From Nemertoderma westbladi (Eukaryota; Animalia; Xenacoelomorpha): a stretch of DNA of 64,000 nt. The stretch lies in the NCBI GenBank assembly GCA_032718475.1, contig JAUCBJ010007152.1, positions 1 through 64,000 of the forward strand, written 5' to 3'. The translations under genes were made by a program, and so were the position numbers. Positions 1 through 11,169 of the stretch are shown in pieces (positions within the stretch are counted from its first letter, which is position 1; each line of letters opens with the position of its first letter). Under the pieces are notes generated by a model, which was not told where the DNA came from, did not search any database, and was given only the letters and a program-made list of their open reading frames with translations.

Positions 1-800
1 AACCCCTCCCCACCGAAGTGGAAGTCGACCAACCCGGCACTTCGACCGGCGGATATACCGATCGTAATCCCATACCTTTGGATGCAATCATATTGCACCC
101 TTCACCCAGGAGTTATAGCCCTCCTTGTAAAGTGGCTCGCCCCAAAGAGAAAAGGACTCTTGCTAGCTTTAAAAAACTGCGTAAACGCCGTCCGCGCAAG
201 AAAGACTAACTGTTTAGAGTATTTTTATATTTTAGAAACTGTGATTTTGTATATTTTATAGACTTAAATCCCATTTTCTGGGAGCGGTGTAAAAGCTTTT
301 GTGGGATAACTGATTCGTTTGCTTTGCTAACCAGTTCCCCCCAGTCGCTGAATACTCTAAAAAGGGATATCTAGCTAGAATAGTGCAAGCTACCGGCTGA
401 TTGGCTGATTTGCTGTGCGAAGGGATCTGGGTTCTGTTCGATCGGCCAACCAGCTTAGGGAGGTTGCCTCAGCCCTGTTTTCCGTATCGGCCAATAGAAT
501 TTGAGTTGGCGTTGATTTTGACCTATCCCAGAGCTACTGAACTGAATTTCCTATCTGTATGCTCATCCTCTGTGTTGGACGGGAGCTTCGGGGAATAAGG
601 GTAGTTGGTATCCTCGTATAGAGTAGTAGTCATATGATTCTTCATATGATTCTGTTGTTGTGTTCCCATTTTTCGCCAGAACACCGGCTTTTGGGAAGAA
701 CTCTAGTAAAACTGCTTAAATTATAGAAAGTATAACTGTTACCTAACTCACTAGTAGTCATATGATTCTTCATATGATTCTTAGTCATATGATTCTCCCG
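1..800 (+). mobile_element. Probable 3' end of another BEL/Pao-type element: ORF tail, PPT and start of an LTR at 288
   Basis: An ORF ends in a basic tail (KKLRKRRPRKKD*) at 209. An AT-rich UTR follows, then GGGAGCGG|TGTAAAA at 280-294, the same GGAGCGG PPT seen before the 3' LTR at 19402. The right end was not identified. Confidence 0.35.
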
Positions 801-1499
801 AACTTTACTTATTAATTATATTGTTTGTACTGTTATTTACCGTCAGTTATTAATTGTATCGATTTTTTGATGAAATATTGCCCTTTGGAGAATACTGATA
901 AATCACCCAAAATTCCCAATTTTCTTGATACACTACAGGTTAGAGAGACAGGCTATACATAACAATTGCGATTTATATCAATGTGGTGTGTATTGAATCT
1001 AATGTTATTTAGCAGACACTACATGAGTCAATTGCTGTTCTCTTTATGTGTGATCAAATTTACTGACGGTCGGCAGAATAGTGTGCATGATTGTGATTGG
1101 TAACAAAGCAATTCCTAAAGAATGCGCCTTATACTTTAATCATAAGCATTATCGTTGCGTTTAGTATAAGTCCTAGCTCTGTTTAAATAGATAGAGCGCC
1201 ACGTCCTAAAGGAACTGTTAATATTTCCCGAAAGCTAATAATATCTGTCAGAAATTACATATGAGTGATCAATCGAATAATACAGTAGGTTTACACTGCA
1301 ATCTTACACTGCAATAATAAAATTTAAGCATCCGAATTCAGCCTCCCGGGTGTATCCATCGGGTGAATGATCGCGCATGGGCTGGCTTCGGTTAATGTTT
1401 TGTTTATTAGCATAAAATATTGTCGTATGCTAAAGGTGTTTTAATTAACTAAAAGACATATAAATTTTGGCAGGTTAAACTGCTAAAGGTCTTCAAAAG

Positions 1500-2329
1500 C
1501 GCGAACAACAGAACAACGTAAACTATATGAACTAACAACATAGCTAGGTGTGTCCGCATGGTTAAATTACAAGCCAATGACATTACGCGAGACTCACCTT
1601 AGTAAAGAAGAGTTCCGGGATGCGTTGTATCTCCGCTGTCGCTATGGTTGGATTCCAAAGAATCTCCCATCTCGTTGTGCCTGTGGGTTGCGATTTTCTG
1701 CTTCCCACGTCCTTTCGTGTCCCACTGGGGGATTTCCCTCCATCAGGCACAACGAGATTCGCGATTTTGTTGCCAACTCACTGACTGAGGTCGCCTACAA
1801 CGTCGCTTTTGAACCGCTGCTACAGATATTAACCGGCGAAACCTTCTCGCATCGTACAACGTCCACAGACCAGCAGGCGAGACTGGATGTGTCGGCGAGT
1901 GGCTTCTGAGGTAACCGATACAAGTGATCGTTCATCGACGTATCTGTATTCAACCCGCTGTCAGCAACAAACGCCGCTATGACATTAGAATCGGCACATC
2001 GCCATCACGAGAATCAGAAGATTCTGAAGTATGAGGAGAGAATCAGGGAAGTTGAACACTCAACTTTCACTCCCCTCATATTTTCAGCCTTTGGTGGGAT
2101 GGCGCCAACTGCTCACCAGTTTTTCAAGAGACTCGCCCTGAAGATGGCTGATAAGAGCGAAGTTTGGAATTTGGAGTGTGTGGCGTGGGCACTGCGAAAA
2201 GTTAACTTCGCGCTGTTGCGCTCATCACTGCTGTGCCTTCATGGTTGCAGGTCTGCCTCGAAACACCCGGTACAGTGTTCTGTGGCCGACGTATCCATCT
2301 ATCTGGCAAACGCGGACACAAAACCATAG
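1500..2329 (+). pseudogene. CRE-clade non-LTR retrotransposon, C-terminal zinc knuckle + restriction-like endonuclease (5'-truncated, with stops)
   Basis: CACG...HVLSC...RHNEIRD...EP...ARLDV, then FIDVSVFNP...HENQK..YEERI.EVEHSTFTPLIFS.FGGM. In-frame stops lie near 1907 and 1925. Confidence 0.8.
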
Positions 2330-2738
2330 TTGTGATGGTGGTGGGTAATGCTACCATGACCTACTATATATACAGCCTAACATGCTTGTGCATAGGCGTT
2401 CAGTTTATCCAGTACTTTACTACTGCACAAACACTACTGGTAATACTAATTATTTACTTAATGTAGTATTTATACCTGTAATATCTGAATATAAACATGG
2501 ATGGCTTTAGCTTTTGGTTGTTTATGATAAAAAACATTTCTACTTGTTATTAATTGTACCAAAGCCTTATTACGGTATTAATTACTACCAGTTGCCAGTA
2601 AGGATACTTTGCTGCCTAAAGTATAAAATACTTAGCCTACTGGTCTGATATCGTATTCCTTACTGCTCACCTTAATATGCTCATTGCTTACTTTATTCAA
2701 TTAAATATTAATTATTCACATTCAAACATTACAGCATT

Positions 2739-4146
2739 ATGGTGAATAAATGCGGCGTCGTTGGCTGCAAGACAGGTTACACTAGTGGCGTTCGGAAACC
2801 TTCATTTAAGTTTCCAACAGCACCAGACTTGCGGGAGCGATGGGTTAGCTTCGTTAACCGCCAAGACTACGAAGTCACGAAGTATTCCTGCATTTGCATG
2901 GACCATTTTGAGGATGATTACATAAACAACATCTGTAGCTGGAAACGTGAAATTGGATTGGTCCATGTCTCCCGTACCAACCATCGCAGTTGCAGGGACT
3001 CCATGACTCCCCAGGTTAAACGACCGCGATTCCACAATTCGTGAACCCACAATTCGAGAGTACCACCCTGATGAGATGTCCCAATTCCACAGACAATTTG
3101 CTGTCTCATCACTTGATGATATTACTGTGGATTGCTGTCCCCATGGCTATGTCTTTGACAAAACAACCAATCGCGTTCTGATCTATGAGTTGGATTTGAG
3201 TGGCAATATGCCTCGGTTGGGTGGAGCGATACGAATATCGGCAGATTTACGAGTTAAACTCAAACTAACTCATCGGCCAGTTCCTCTCCCGAAATGGTTT
3301 TGGTTGGCAACCAATCACCACTGCATATTGAATAACACCACTCAGCTCGATAACCTGGTGGTTTATTCTCGAAACACGGCCCAGAACAACAACTATACTG
3401 TGTTCGATGAAGTTAACCATTATCAGCACTTCGATAAGAAGGGTCGACCTCCATACTCTCACAACGTAATGCAGTTCGCTCTGAAGTTACGCTATACTTC
3501 ACGACAAGCCTACCGGATAATTAGTGAGGAGGTCCAATTACCATCTCTGACTCTCCTCAACAACCTTCAGAAAGTCCATGTATCCATGATCCAGGATCTA
3601 GATGTATCCAGTCTGGATTCCATTCTCCAAGACCACAATGATGCAATTTTGTGTGCTGAACTATCGACAGAGTTTATAGAGGTTGTGGAGCACATTGCTG
3701 GGTTCATTATAAAGAAGCTCTGGGATTTATCCAAATCCAACGATACATGCCACAACTGTCCAGTATTCTCTACCTCTACTATTGCGTCTACCAGCACTGA
3801 CGGACAGTCCATGAGCTATCTTGAAGTGCTCAACCGAGGTGGACTTCTAACGCCATCACCGGTGTTCACTGAGATTATTGGCGACTGTTTTTCGATTGGA
3901 CACTATGCTGAAGGTATCCTTCAGGAATTGGGTATCCCTATTCGTGCTGCATCAATGCACTTTTTGGAGAACTTCGGAATTTGTGCGTCGGAAATGTTTT
4001 GCGAACTCCACAAGAAGAAGATCAATCTAGTCCACTGTACACTGATAAACATTTTCTTCAATAACTCCCAACATGAGATAACTGACCAAAGACGTGAGCA
4101 AAGTATCACTGAGTTCAAGCAACGGCAACGTTCTAAACGTCAGTAA
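2739..4146 (+). pseudogene. THAP / P-element (THAP9-like) transposase derivative lacking the catalytic core
   Basis: THAP domain MVNKCGVVGC...FKFP...RERW...ICMDHF. P-transposase N-terminal motif FALKLRYTSRQAY...LPS. C-terminal motif HIAGFIIKKL..CHNC..LNRGGLLTPS. The frame is broken around 2940-3075. Confidence 0.75.
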
Positions 4147-4231
4147 ATATTTGTGCTACAAACATTGTGCTATATTTGAATTACTGTGCTCCTTTTCTAA
4201 GACCAACCAAGTTAGAATAGTTAGAAATACA

Positions 4232-4456
4232 TCTACAAGGGAGTCAAACTTTGAGTCCAAGCCCAGGGAGTCTCTATAAACAATCCTAGATATTTCTCTA
4301 CAAGGGAGTCAAACTTTGAGTCCGAGCCCAGGGAGTCTCTTTAAACAATCCGAGATATTTCTCTACAAGGGAGTCAAACTTTGAGTCCGAGCCCAGGGAG
4401 TCTCTTTAAACAATCGGAGATATTTCTCTGCAGGAGAGTCAAACTTTGAGTACGAG
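4232..4456. repeat. 65-bp tandem repeat, about 3.5 copies
   Basis: Unit CTACAAGGGAGTCAAACTTTGAGTCC... starts at 4233, 4298, 4363 and 4428. Confidence 0.9.
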
Positions 4457-5020
4457 TTTAATTGTGTGTTTAGTTTAATTAATTTGTGTGCGACTGTTAT
4501 TAATTAATTAATTAAGAGTGCTTTCCAGGGCCATTGATTTGTTTTTACATTGTGGGGAGGGGGGGGGGGGGGGTGAATCGATTGGGAAATTGAGCTGAGG
4601 GCCTCCCATATACTGTATATCTATAATATAACTGTGAGCAGATTAGAACAAGTAAACCCAGTATGTTAATCAATATACATTTTATTACAAAAATAGAAAC
4701 TTCCTGTAATTCACCTGAGTTTCTGCGCTCGAAAATGATTAGAAATTCACGTTCTGGTGATAGTTACTTTATTAGTTCCGTTTTCGATGATTTTGGGTGT
4801 ATTTAATTAACTTGTATGCCGGACCCCGATGGCAGTATCCGAATTTCAGGTCTGTCAGTCGTAGTAGTGTAGAGTTGTCCTTGGGCACAACATGATTTAT
4901 TATAACCATTATGCTAAAGCTTACTCGCAAAGTCACTTGCCACTCGCTGCCTGCCCTGTACATTATTGACACCAATAACTTGTGAAATAAGTTGACTTCT
5001 AATGGTGCGGAAAGGCCTTA

Positions 5021-6924
5021 TATAGAATTATATTCCCTAAATGCCGTGAATTTTCAAAATTTTATTTTATTCGGATTAACTTTGTAAAAGATTGCTTTGA
5101 ATCCTCATTTGTATTTGTAATATCTATTGTACATCTATTGGTCAAGTGGTTCAGTAGCTCAGTCGGTAGAGCGTTGGAAATTATATGTGTAGTAGGTATT
5201 GAGTTCGAATCCTAGTAAGTGCGAATTATTTTTTGTGCAGAATTTCAACTCATTTAAATTAACCGCTACAAATTAATTGCATTTGTCTGTACCAATGAGA
5301 CTGTAGTTATTTGATTGTAACCAATGTCGTGCAAGTTATATATTAGCTGGACCAATAGCTATCTTTAAAAACCTGTTAGAACCTATAGAACAATCGAGAA
5401 TTTTCTCGATTGATTGCAGCACAAATTTGCTATAAAAGGGTGCGATTTGTTCATTAGTTATTATTCTCTCAGTTATTCAGTTATCTGATATTTGTTTATT
5501 CTGTCATTAGTTTTCAGATTACATTGTATTATAATTATATCTTCTGTAATAAAGTCAGAATTATCGCTAATCTGCTTTTCCTATCTGTTTTACCATGGAT
5601 TCACTACGGTGAACAAACTTAGGGACAGGATGGCCGGCTAGAGATCGGGCCGCAGCAATGAATGGGAACATCGGAGGAATGTAGACGAGAGACAACCCGC
5701 AATACCATCTAGAGTTATTCGCCCATCGCCTGAAAGGTTAGACAGCGTTCGATCCTTGCTACCTAAGTGTAAGACCAAAAGATCAAAAGGTAGACGTAGT
5801 GACACGCTGTAAGCCTAAAATTACATCATAGGGACTGTACTGTCTTGATTCAGGAAAAACCGCAGTAGACCTTCATATTCCTACGGGGGGAGGGAGAGAG
5901 CGCAGGCAGATACTAGTACGCAGATATGACGTAGGCACACCGGTACAAGGCATACACATTGGTTAGGGTGCAGCAAACTGTACGCTTAACTCTTGCTAAG
6001 TACAGGTGCGTCTGTGACTATTTGCCGTACAACGGTGTCCATTGCATTAGAACTTGTAGGCTAGGGGGGTTGCTGTGTTTTCACCTGAATTGGGATTGTA
6101 CCGTTCAGGCGGTAGGGCAGTTTACTGGTTTACACTAGGCGCAAATAAATTGAGGCTATCAGGGATATACTAACATCTACCGTGTCCCCGCCAACGCCCT
6201 AATAGGAAGTTACCCGGACTACCTGGGTGACTAAAATTCTAGATAGGAGCCAGGATAGCTATTAGTACCTGTACGCCTACAGTAGTAAACTAACACATCT
6301 CTTCTTAGTATCAGGGACCTGGTACCTAAAATTGCCGAATTCTGGGCGTAGTATTAACCTTATGCCTGAATTTGAGTCCTGGAAATACGCAAGAGGGGAA
6401 GGAACCTTATCATTCGTGAGTATTAGACCTACAAGTTACAAAATTAGAATATTCGTAAAATGCACACCGTACCCAGTAATTATATATGTGAAGGAGCAAA
6501 ACTGTTTTTGACCGTTCAGAATTAACACACGCGCGTTAGAAATTATTTACACCTCAAAATATATAAAATTAACTTTCGTCCTTACTGCACTTTGCCCGCT
6601 AGTTAGACATCTCCAAATATCTGCCTCTGTACCTAGCTAGCGTCCCTTTTGCCCAACCATATAAATCACACCGCGGCAAAGTATACGAGCCCCTTAGTCC
6701 GTCAGTGAGTCAGCCTGATTTTAGGATTCGCTGCGCGGGATTTTTGTTTTATCGAAGTTTGTCTGCTCGTAGACTGTTTTCTGCCTCACCGGTTATAAGA
6801 GATCGATACTGCAACATATTCGCTTACTTAGAGTTTACTGTTTTGGTGAGAAGGTCGGATTTATGATTTGATTCACAAACTTTACAGTAGGATATTGCAG
6901 GTATTGTTACTGTCTCTTCGAATA
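5021..6924 (+). repeat. 5' LTR (TATAGAA...TTCGAATA)
   Basis: Matches 19402-19767 plus 24077-25614. About 5 substitutions were spotted by eye. Confidence 0.95.
5148..5234 (+). ncRNA. tRNA-like Pol III cassette in the 5' LTR
   Basis: GGTTCAGTAGCTCAGTCGGTAGAGC (D-arm / A box), GAGTTCGAATCC (B box, 5201-5212) and a T6 run at 5229-5234. No acceptor stem. Confidence 0.65.
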
Positions 6925-7734
6925 GTAGGAATATGTTTTACTGAACTACGGTTCGGTAGGACTAAAGTTATTTGAAAATTTTGTATTTTGAGGTAAAAGT
7001 TTATATTTGATTAGCTAAGTGCTAATTTTTTGAAACAAAAATTTGATTTGAACCGCGTGTAAAATATTTTGGAATTGAATACCGGTGTTTAAAAGGGTTT
7101 AAATACCATATTGTACCGGTACAAAATTTTTCGTAAAAGTAAAACCTAACTCTTTTGTTTTTCAGGATTCAGAACTCATTTCTAGACTATAACGGGAGCA
7201 AGACCGTGTTTAGCAAGTTTGGGAGATAGATAACCCAACAACTTTGGTTGGGAAAATCGCGTTTCGTCCGCAACGTTAAAAACGGAAAGGTTCACGTCCG
7301 GTTTGTATCTGGGAATCTGTTTTTCTGGAGAATTATTGGAGTGGGTGAGTTCGAAAAGTTGCATAAATAAGTTAGGCATTACCGTATTAGTTAAAATTAT
7401 TGTGGGTTCCACTGTCTCAAGTATTTATGCATTCCGTATGATTTCTTTGTTCATTGCTGAATTAGTCCGTATTATTGTATTTAATTTACCTTTTGATAAC
7501 GCATATCGTTATCCGATTTATTTGTTATAAAATTGGCCGCTAGGCTAATTTTATTATATACTTATTCCGTGACATTTATTTGCTGTAAAATTGGCCGTTT
7601 AGGCTAATTTTATCCATCTGCTATAAAATCGGCCGGTAGGCTAATTTTATAAGACTGTAATTAGTACCGTTTAGATATAAATACGGTAAACTCGATACTT
7701 TGACACTCACTTTACTTGACTTACAACTACCGAA

Positions 7735-10700
7735 ATGAGTGACAAACAAGACTATACGAAAAACACACCTACCGACTATGACTCGTGTGACGGAGATAAG
7801 TCAGCAGCGGAAGAACAACAGGGGAAGACTCGCGAGCCTACCGAACCTACACCGTGTGCGTCACCAGTACATCCAACGGGAGTACCGGATGCCGTAGTAC
7901 GAGGCGACGGCAGGACCGAGGACTTTCTAACTGTTCCGCAACCTAGATACAGGGAAACGGACCTGGTAAGTTCAGCAGGAAGCACAGAAAGTGTGGTTAG
8001 AAGCGTCGGAGGTTACATGGCGCATATAACCAGGAGTATTGGAGAAGGCCAATGCGTATTAGACGAGTTGACCGCGCCGATGTCTCGATTCGAGTTCTAC
8101 ACCCTCCAGGTTAGAGTACAGAGTAAAGTATATAAGTCCGTAGATAATCTAGTTGGCCTACAAGATCTAGCTAGACAGAGACAGGACATGGATACTCAAC
8201 TTAGAATCCTCGAGAAACTAATGATCGCTAGAGAGAAACTGATTCAGTTTAAGTCGACGATTAGACAGATACAACAGGAACAAGCGGACCAGTTGTTAGG
8301 TGAGTCAGTTTCGGACGAATTATTACAGCCCGAGGAAGAACAGGAACTGTACCGACTGGATGGACAATTGAAACATCTGACGGACCACTTACGTATGTGC
8401 GGCGAGGATGTCGGAGATTGGGAAACCGTGCCGGAATATACGAGGGAAACTTCACCCGTACGAATCGAATCGGCACCGGGAATACTGAATCAATCACTGG
8501 TGAGTATTCGCAGCGAGATTAACGAGGTAAGCATGGTCACGTCAGAAGTTGCTCGACAACAGCAACAGTTCTACAGACAGCAACACGAGATGGAAGAACA
8601 AACTCAACTGCTAATGATACAAACAGCGGTAGAGGAAGAGAAAATACGTGTTGCGAATGTAGCGAGAATCTCTCATCTGCAGGAACAAGCCGAACTCGAA
8701 GCGGCCGAAATGGAAAGGTTAGAGTTGGACATTGCCCAACAAGCGGCAGCAGCCGAGTTAGCGCAACGAATGGCAACAGCCGAGTTAGAGCGACAAACGG
8801 CAGCGGCAGAGTTAGAGCGACAAACGGAAGCGGCAGAGTTAGAAAGAAAAAGGTTAGTTTCAGAAGCCAGAGTCGAGATGAAGACACGGCAAATAAAAGC
8901 CCAACAAGCGATACGACAAGCAGAGTTCGAGGCGCAACAACAACAAACGGAACAACGAGAAAAGGAAGTTAAACTTCGTTTCGAACTTGAGAAAAGGGCG
9001 AGAGAATTAGCGGAAACCAAGGAAAATCTGGATCTTCTAGCCCGTGATCGATCGATGAGATCTCGAGACGGACATGACTTGGACCAGATAGAGGTAAGAC
9101 ATCGCCAAATTCAGGAACGAAAGAAAGAAGGAAGCGTAGGAGCACCCGGACGGGAACGACAATTAGTAAAGGACTTGTGTCAACGATTCCCACAGGTAAC
9201 TCATATGTTTGCACCAGTTACGACTAAGGAACCTGTTTCGATTGCGGGTAGTAGTAACATTTCTCCTATCCATGGTGCGACGGAACACAGGTTTGTTATT
9301 CCGGATGAGTTTACACCGCCAAGAGCAACGTCGTCGCCCATTCCGAAAGTCAAGGTAAGTAACCCACCGATTACGGATCGTAGTAGTTTGTTGACTGGAC
9401 CTGCACTACTGACGACTAAACAGGTGAGTCCACCGTCGACACCTAAACCCGTTACATACTACGCTTACCCAATGACGTTTCTACCCACAAGGCCAGTTGT
9501 TTCAAATGCTGTCATTCGCCCACCGGTTCAGTTTACATCGCAATCTACGACTTCGAGGAAGACTTGTGAGCCTACCGAACAACGGAGACCAGTGGATACG
9601 CGACCGTTCAACCAATTTACATCGCAATCTACGACTTCGAGGAAGACTTGTGAGCCTACCGAACAACGGAGACCAGTGGATACGCGACCGTTCAACCAAT
9701 TTACATCGCAATCTACGACTTCGAGGAAGACTTGTGAGCCTACCGAACAACGGAGAACAGTGGATACGCGACCGTTCAACCAATTTACATCGCAATCTAC
9801 GACTTCGAGGAAGACTTGTGAGCCTACCGAACAACGGAGATCCGTGGACGATGTTCCGAAACGGAACGTTAGAATTCGTACGACGCAACGGACGCGAGCA
9901 CGTCGACCACCATATCCAGATGATAGTAGTACTTCGAGCGAATCGGATTACCCGAAACGCGAGGTATTTAGAACAGGGGCGGCCGATGAATACAAACGCG
10001 AGCGTTCAGACAACTCCTTTGCAGACAATCCTCCACAGAATACACCAACACAGAAGGCGTTACAACCAACGGACGCAATTAGTACACAACAGTTCGCCGA
10101 CATCCTGCGACCAGTTGTTAACAAGTTGGCTCAGATCGAGGAACGTCTGGAGGAAGGTTACACCGACAGTTCGAGAAATTCCGAATTCGAACACAATAGA
10201 CACCCGAAGGAACCACAAAGACCGGTACCTTCAAACCCCACATCGTATCAGGGAAAAGCGCCAAGAAGGGATATCAACAAGGTTACCAACCAAGGACGCG
10301 AAACTCTGAACGTTGCCGAGGAGATAGCGAAATTCGCAGCCAGACAGGGATTGCCGGTACAACAACCACCGAAGTTTTCCGGTAGCTCAAAACACTGGCA
10401 TACTTTCGTAGACTATATCGAATCCCAGATCGCCGTGTGCGCCTTTACATCACGGGAGAAGTTTAATTACCTGCTTCAAACGTTGTCAGGAGAACCTAAA
10501 CGTTTGGCGGAGACTTTCGTCGGTGTACCGGACGCTTTCGAACTAGCGTACGATCGTTTAACTTCGATATACGGAGGTACAGTTAGTATGGCCAGGTCAG
10601 TAATAGAGGAACTCTGTAAGGGAGGGGCTATCACTAAACCCGTCGACTTATTAAAACTGGCCGACGAGATAAAAAACGCTATCACTACTTTAAGATCCAT

Positions 10701-11169
10701 TGGACAACTTGATTACGGGAATACCCCTACAGTCCTATTAAAGATCATAGGACGACTCCACCATCGACTTCGTCGGGAGTGGAGGAAGGTCGAATACCAG
10801 CGGGAAGAGCGGGGAGGATTCTTAAAATTAGAAGATGTGTACCTTTTAATATCCAGGGAGGCAGTAGTAGAAACTAGATCTAACTACACCGACCAGCACA
10901 TCGTGGCAGAAGGAATCACACTGCCATCCTCCAACCGACAAAAACCCCAGACAACATCCACTAAGACGGCCACTTACGCCACACCGACGGAATCACGACA
11001 ATTCTCGGACGGTAGTAGGGTATCTGCGCCCATTGGGACAAAACAGACGAGACAACAACTTAGTACCGACTTCAGCGGCTGCCAATACTGCGAGCATCTA
11101 GGCAAGCGGTATATCGGTCACAAGTTACGAGGTTGTCGACAATTTCGCGAGTTGAACTCGGAAGAATGA
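7735..11169 (+). CDS. gag: BEL/Pao Gag: long coiled-coil N-terminus, capsid-like region, first zinc knuckle
   Basis: PPKFSG...W..F...EKFNYL..L.GEP...AYDRL..IYG and CQYC...H...C. Ends at an in-frame TGA that is continuous with pol. Confidence 0.9.
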   Translation: MSDKQDYTKNTPTDYDSCDGDKSAAEEQQGKTREPTEPTPCASPVHPTGVPDAVVRGDGRTEDFLTVPQPRYRETDLVSSAGSTESVVRSVGGYMAHITRSIGEGQCVLDELTAPMSRFEFYTLQVRVQSKVYKSVDNLVGLQDLARQRQDMDTQLRILEKLMIAREKLIQFKSTIRQIQQEQADQLLGESVSDELLQPEEEQELYRLDGQLKHLTDHLRMCGEDVGDWETVPEYTRETSPVRIESAPGILNQSLVSIRSEINEVSMVTSEVARQQQQFYRQQHEMEEQTQLLMIQTAVEEEKIRVANVARISHLQEQAELEAAEMERLELDIAQQAAAAELAQRMATAELERQTAAAELERQTEAAELERKRLVSEARVEMKTRQIKAQQAIRQAEFEAQQQQTEQREKEVKLRFELEKRARELAETKENLDLLARDRSMRSRDGHDLDQIEVRHRQIQERKKEGSVGAPGRERQLVKDLCQRFPQVTHMFAPVTTKEPVSIAGSSNISPIHGATEHRFVIPDEFTPPRATSSPIPKVKVSNPPITDRSSLLTGPALLTTKQVSPPSTPKPVTYYAYPMTFLPTRPVVSNAVIRPPVQFTSQSTTSRKTCEPTEQRRPVDTRPFNQFTSQSTTSRKTCEPTEQRRPVDTRPFNQFTSQSTTSRKTCEPTEQRRTVDTRPFNQFTSQSTTSRKTCEPTEQRRSVDDVPKRNVRIRTTQRTRARRPPYPDDSSTSSESDYPKREVFRTGAADEYKRERSDNSFADNPPQNTPTQKALQPTDAISTQQFADILRPVVNKLAQIEERLEEGYTDSSRNSEFEHNRHPKEPQRPVPSNPTSYQGKAPRRDINKVTNQGRETLNVAEEIAKFAARQGLPVQQPPKFSGSSKHWHTFVDYIESQIAVCAFTSREKFNYLLQTLSGEPKRLAETFVGVPDAFELAYDRLTSIYGGTVSMARSVIEELCKGGAITKPVDLLKLADEIKNAITTLRSIGQLDYGNTPTVLLKIIGRLHHRLRREWRKVEYQREERGGFLKLEDVYLLISREAVVETRSNYTDQHIVAEGITLPSSNRQKPQTTSTKTATYATPTESRQFSDGSRVSAPIGTKQTRQQLSTDFSGCQYCEHLGKRYIGHKLRGCRQFRELNSEE
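9529..9848 (+). repeat. 84-bp in-frame tandem repeat, about 4 copies, within gag
   Basis: QFTSQSTTSRKTCEPTEQRRPVDTRPFN repeated; period 84 (9557, 9641, 9725, 9809). Confidence 0.95.

Noticed and set aside
4232-4456. CRISPR-like array
   Set aside because: Units are contiguous with no unique spacers; eukaryotic context and no cas genes.
4600-4637. Right TIR of the THAP/P element
   Set aside because: No matching left TIR or 8-bp TSD found upstream.
5148-5222. Functional tRNA gene
   Set aside because: Acceptor and anticodon stems do not pair; only the A and B boxes are retained.
9497-10309. 270-aa alternative-frame ORF and antisense ORFs over gag
   Set aside because: By-product of the stop-free 84-bp repeat; no domain evidence.
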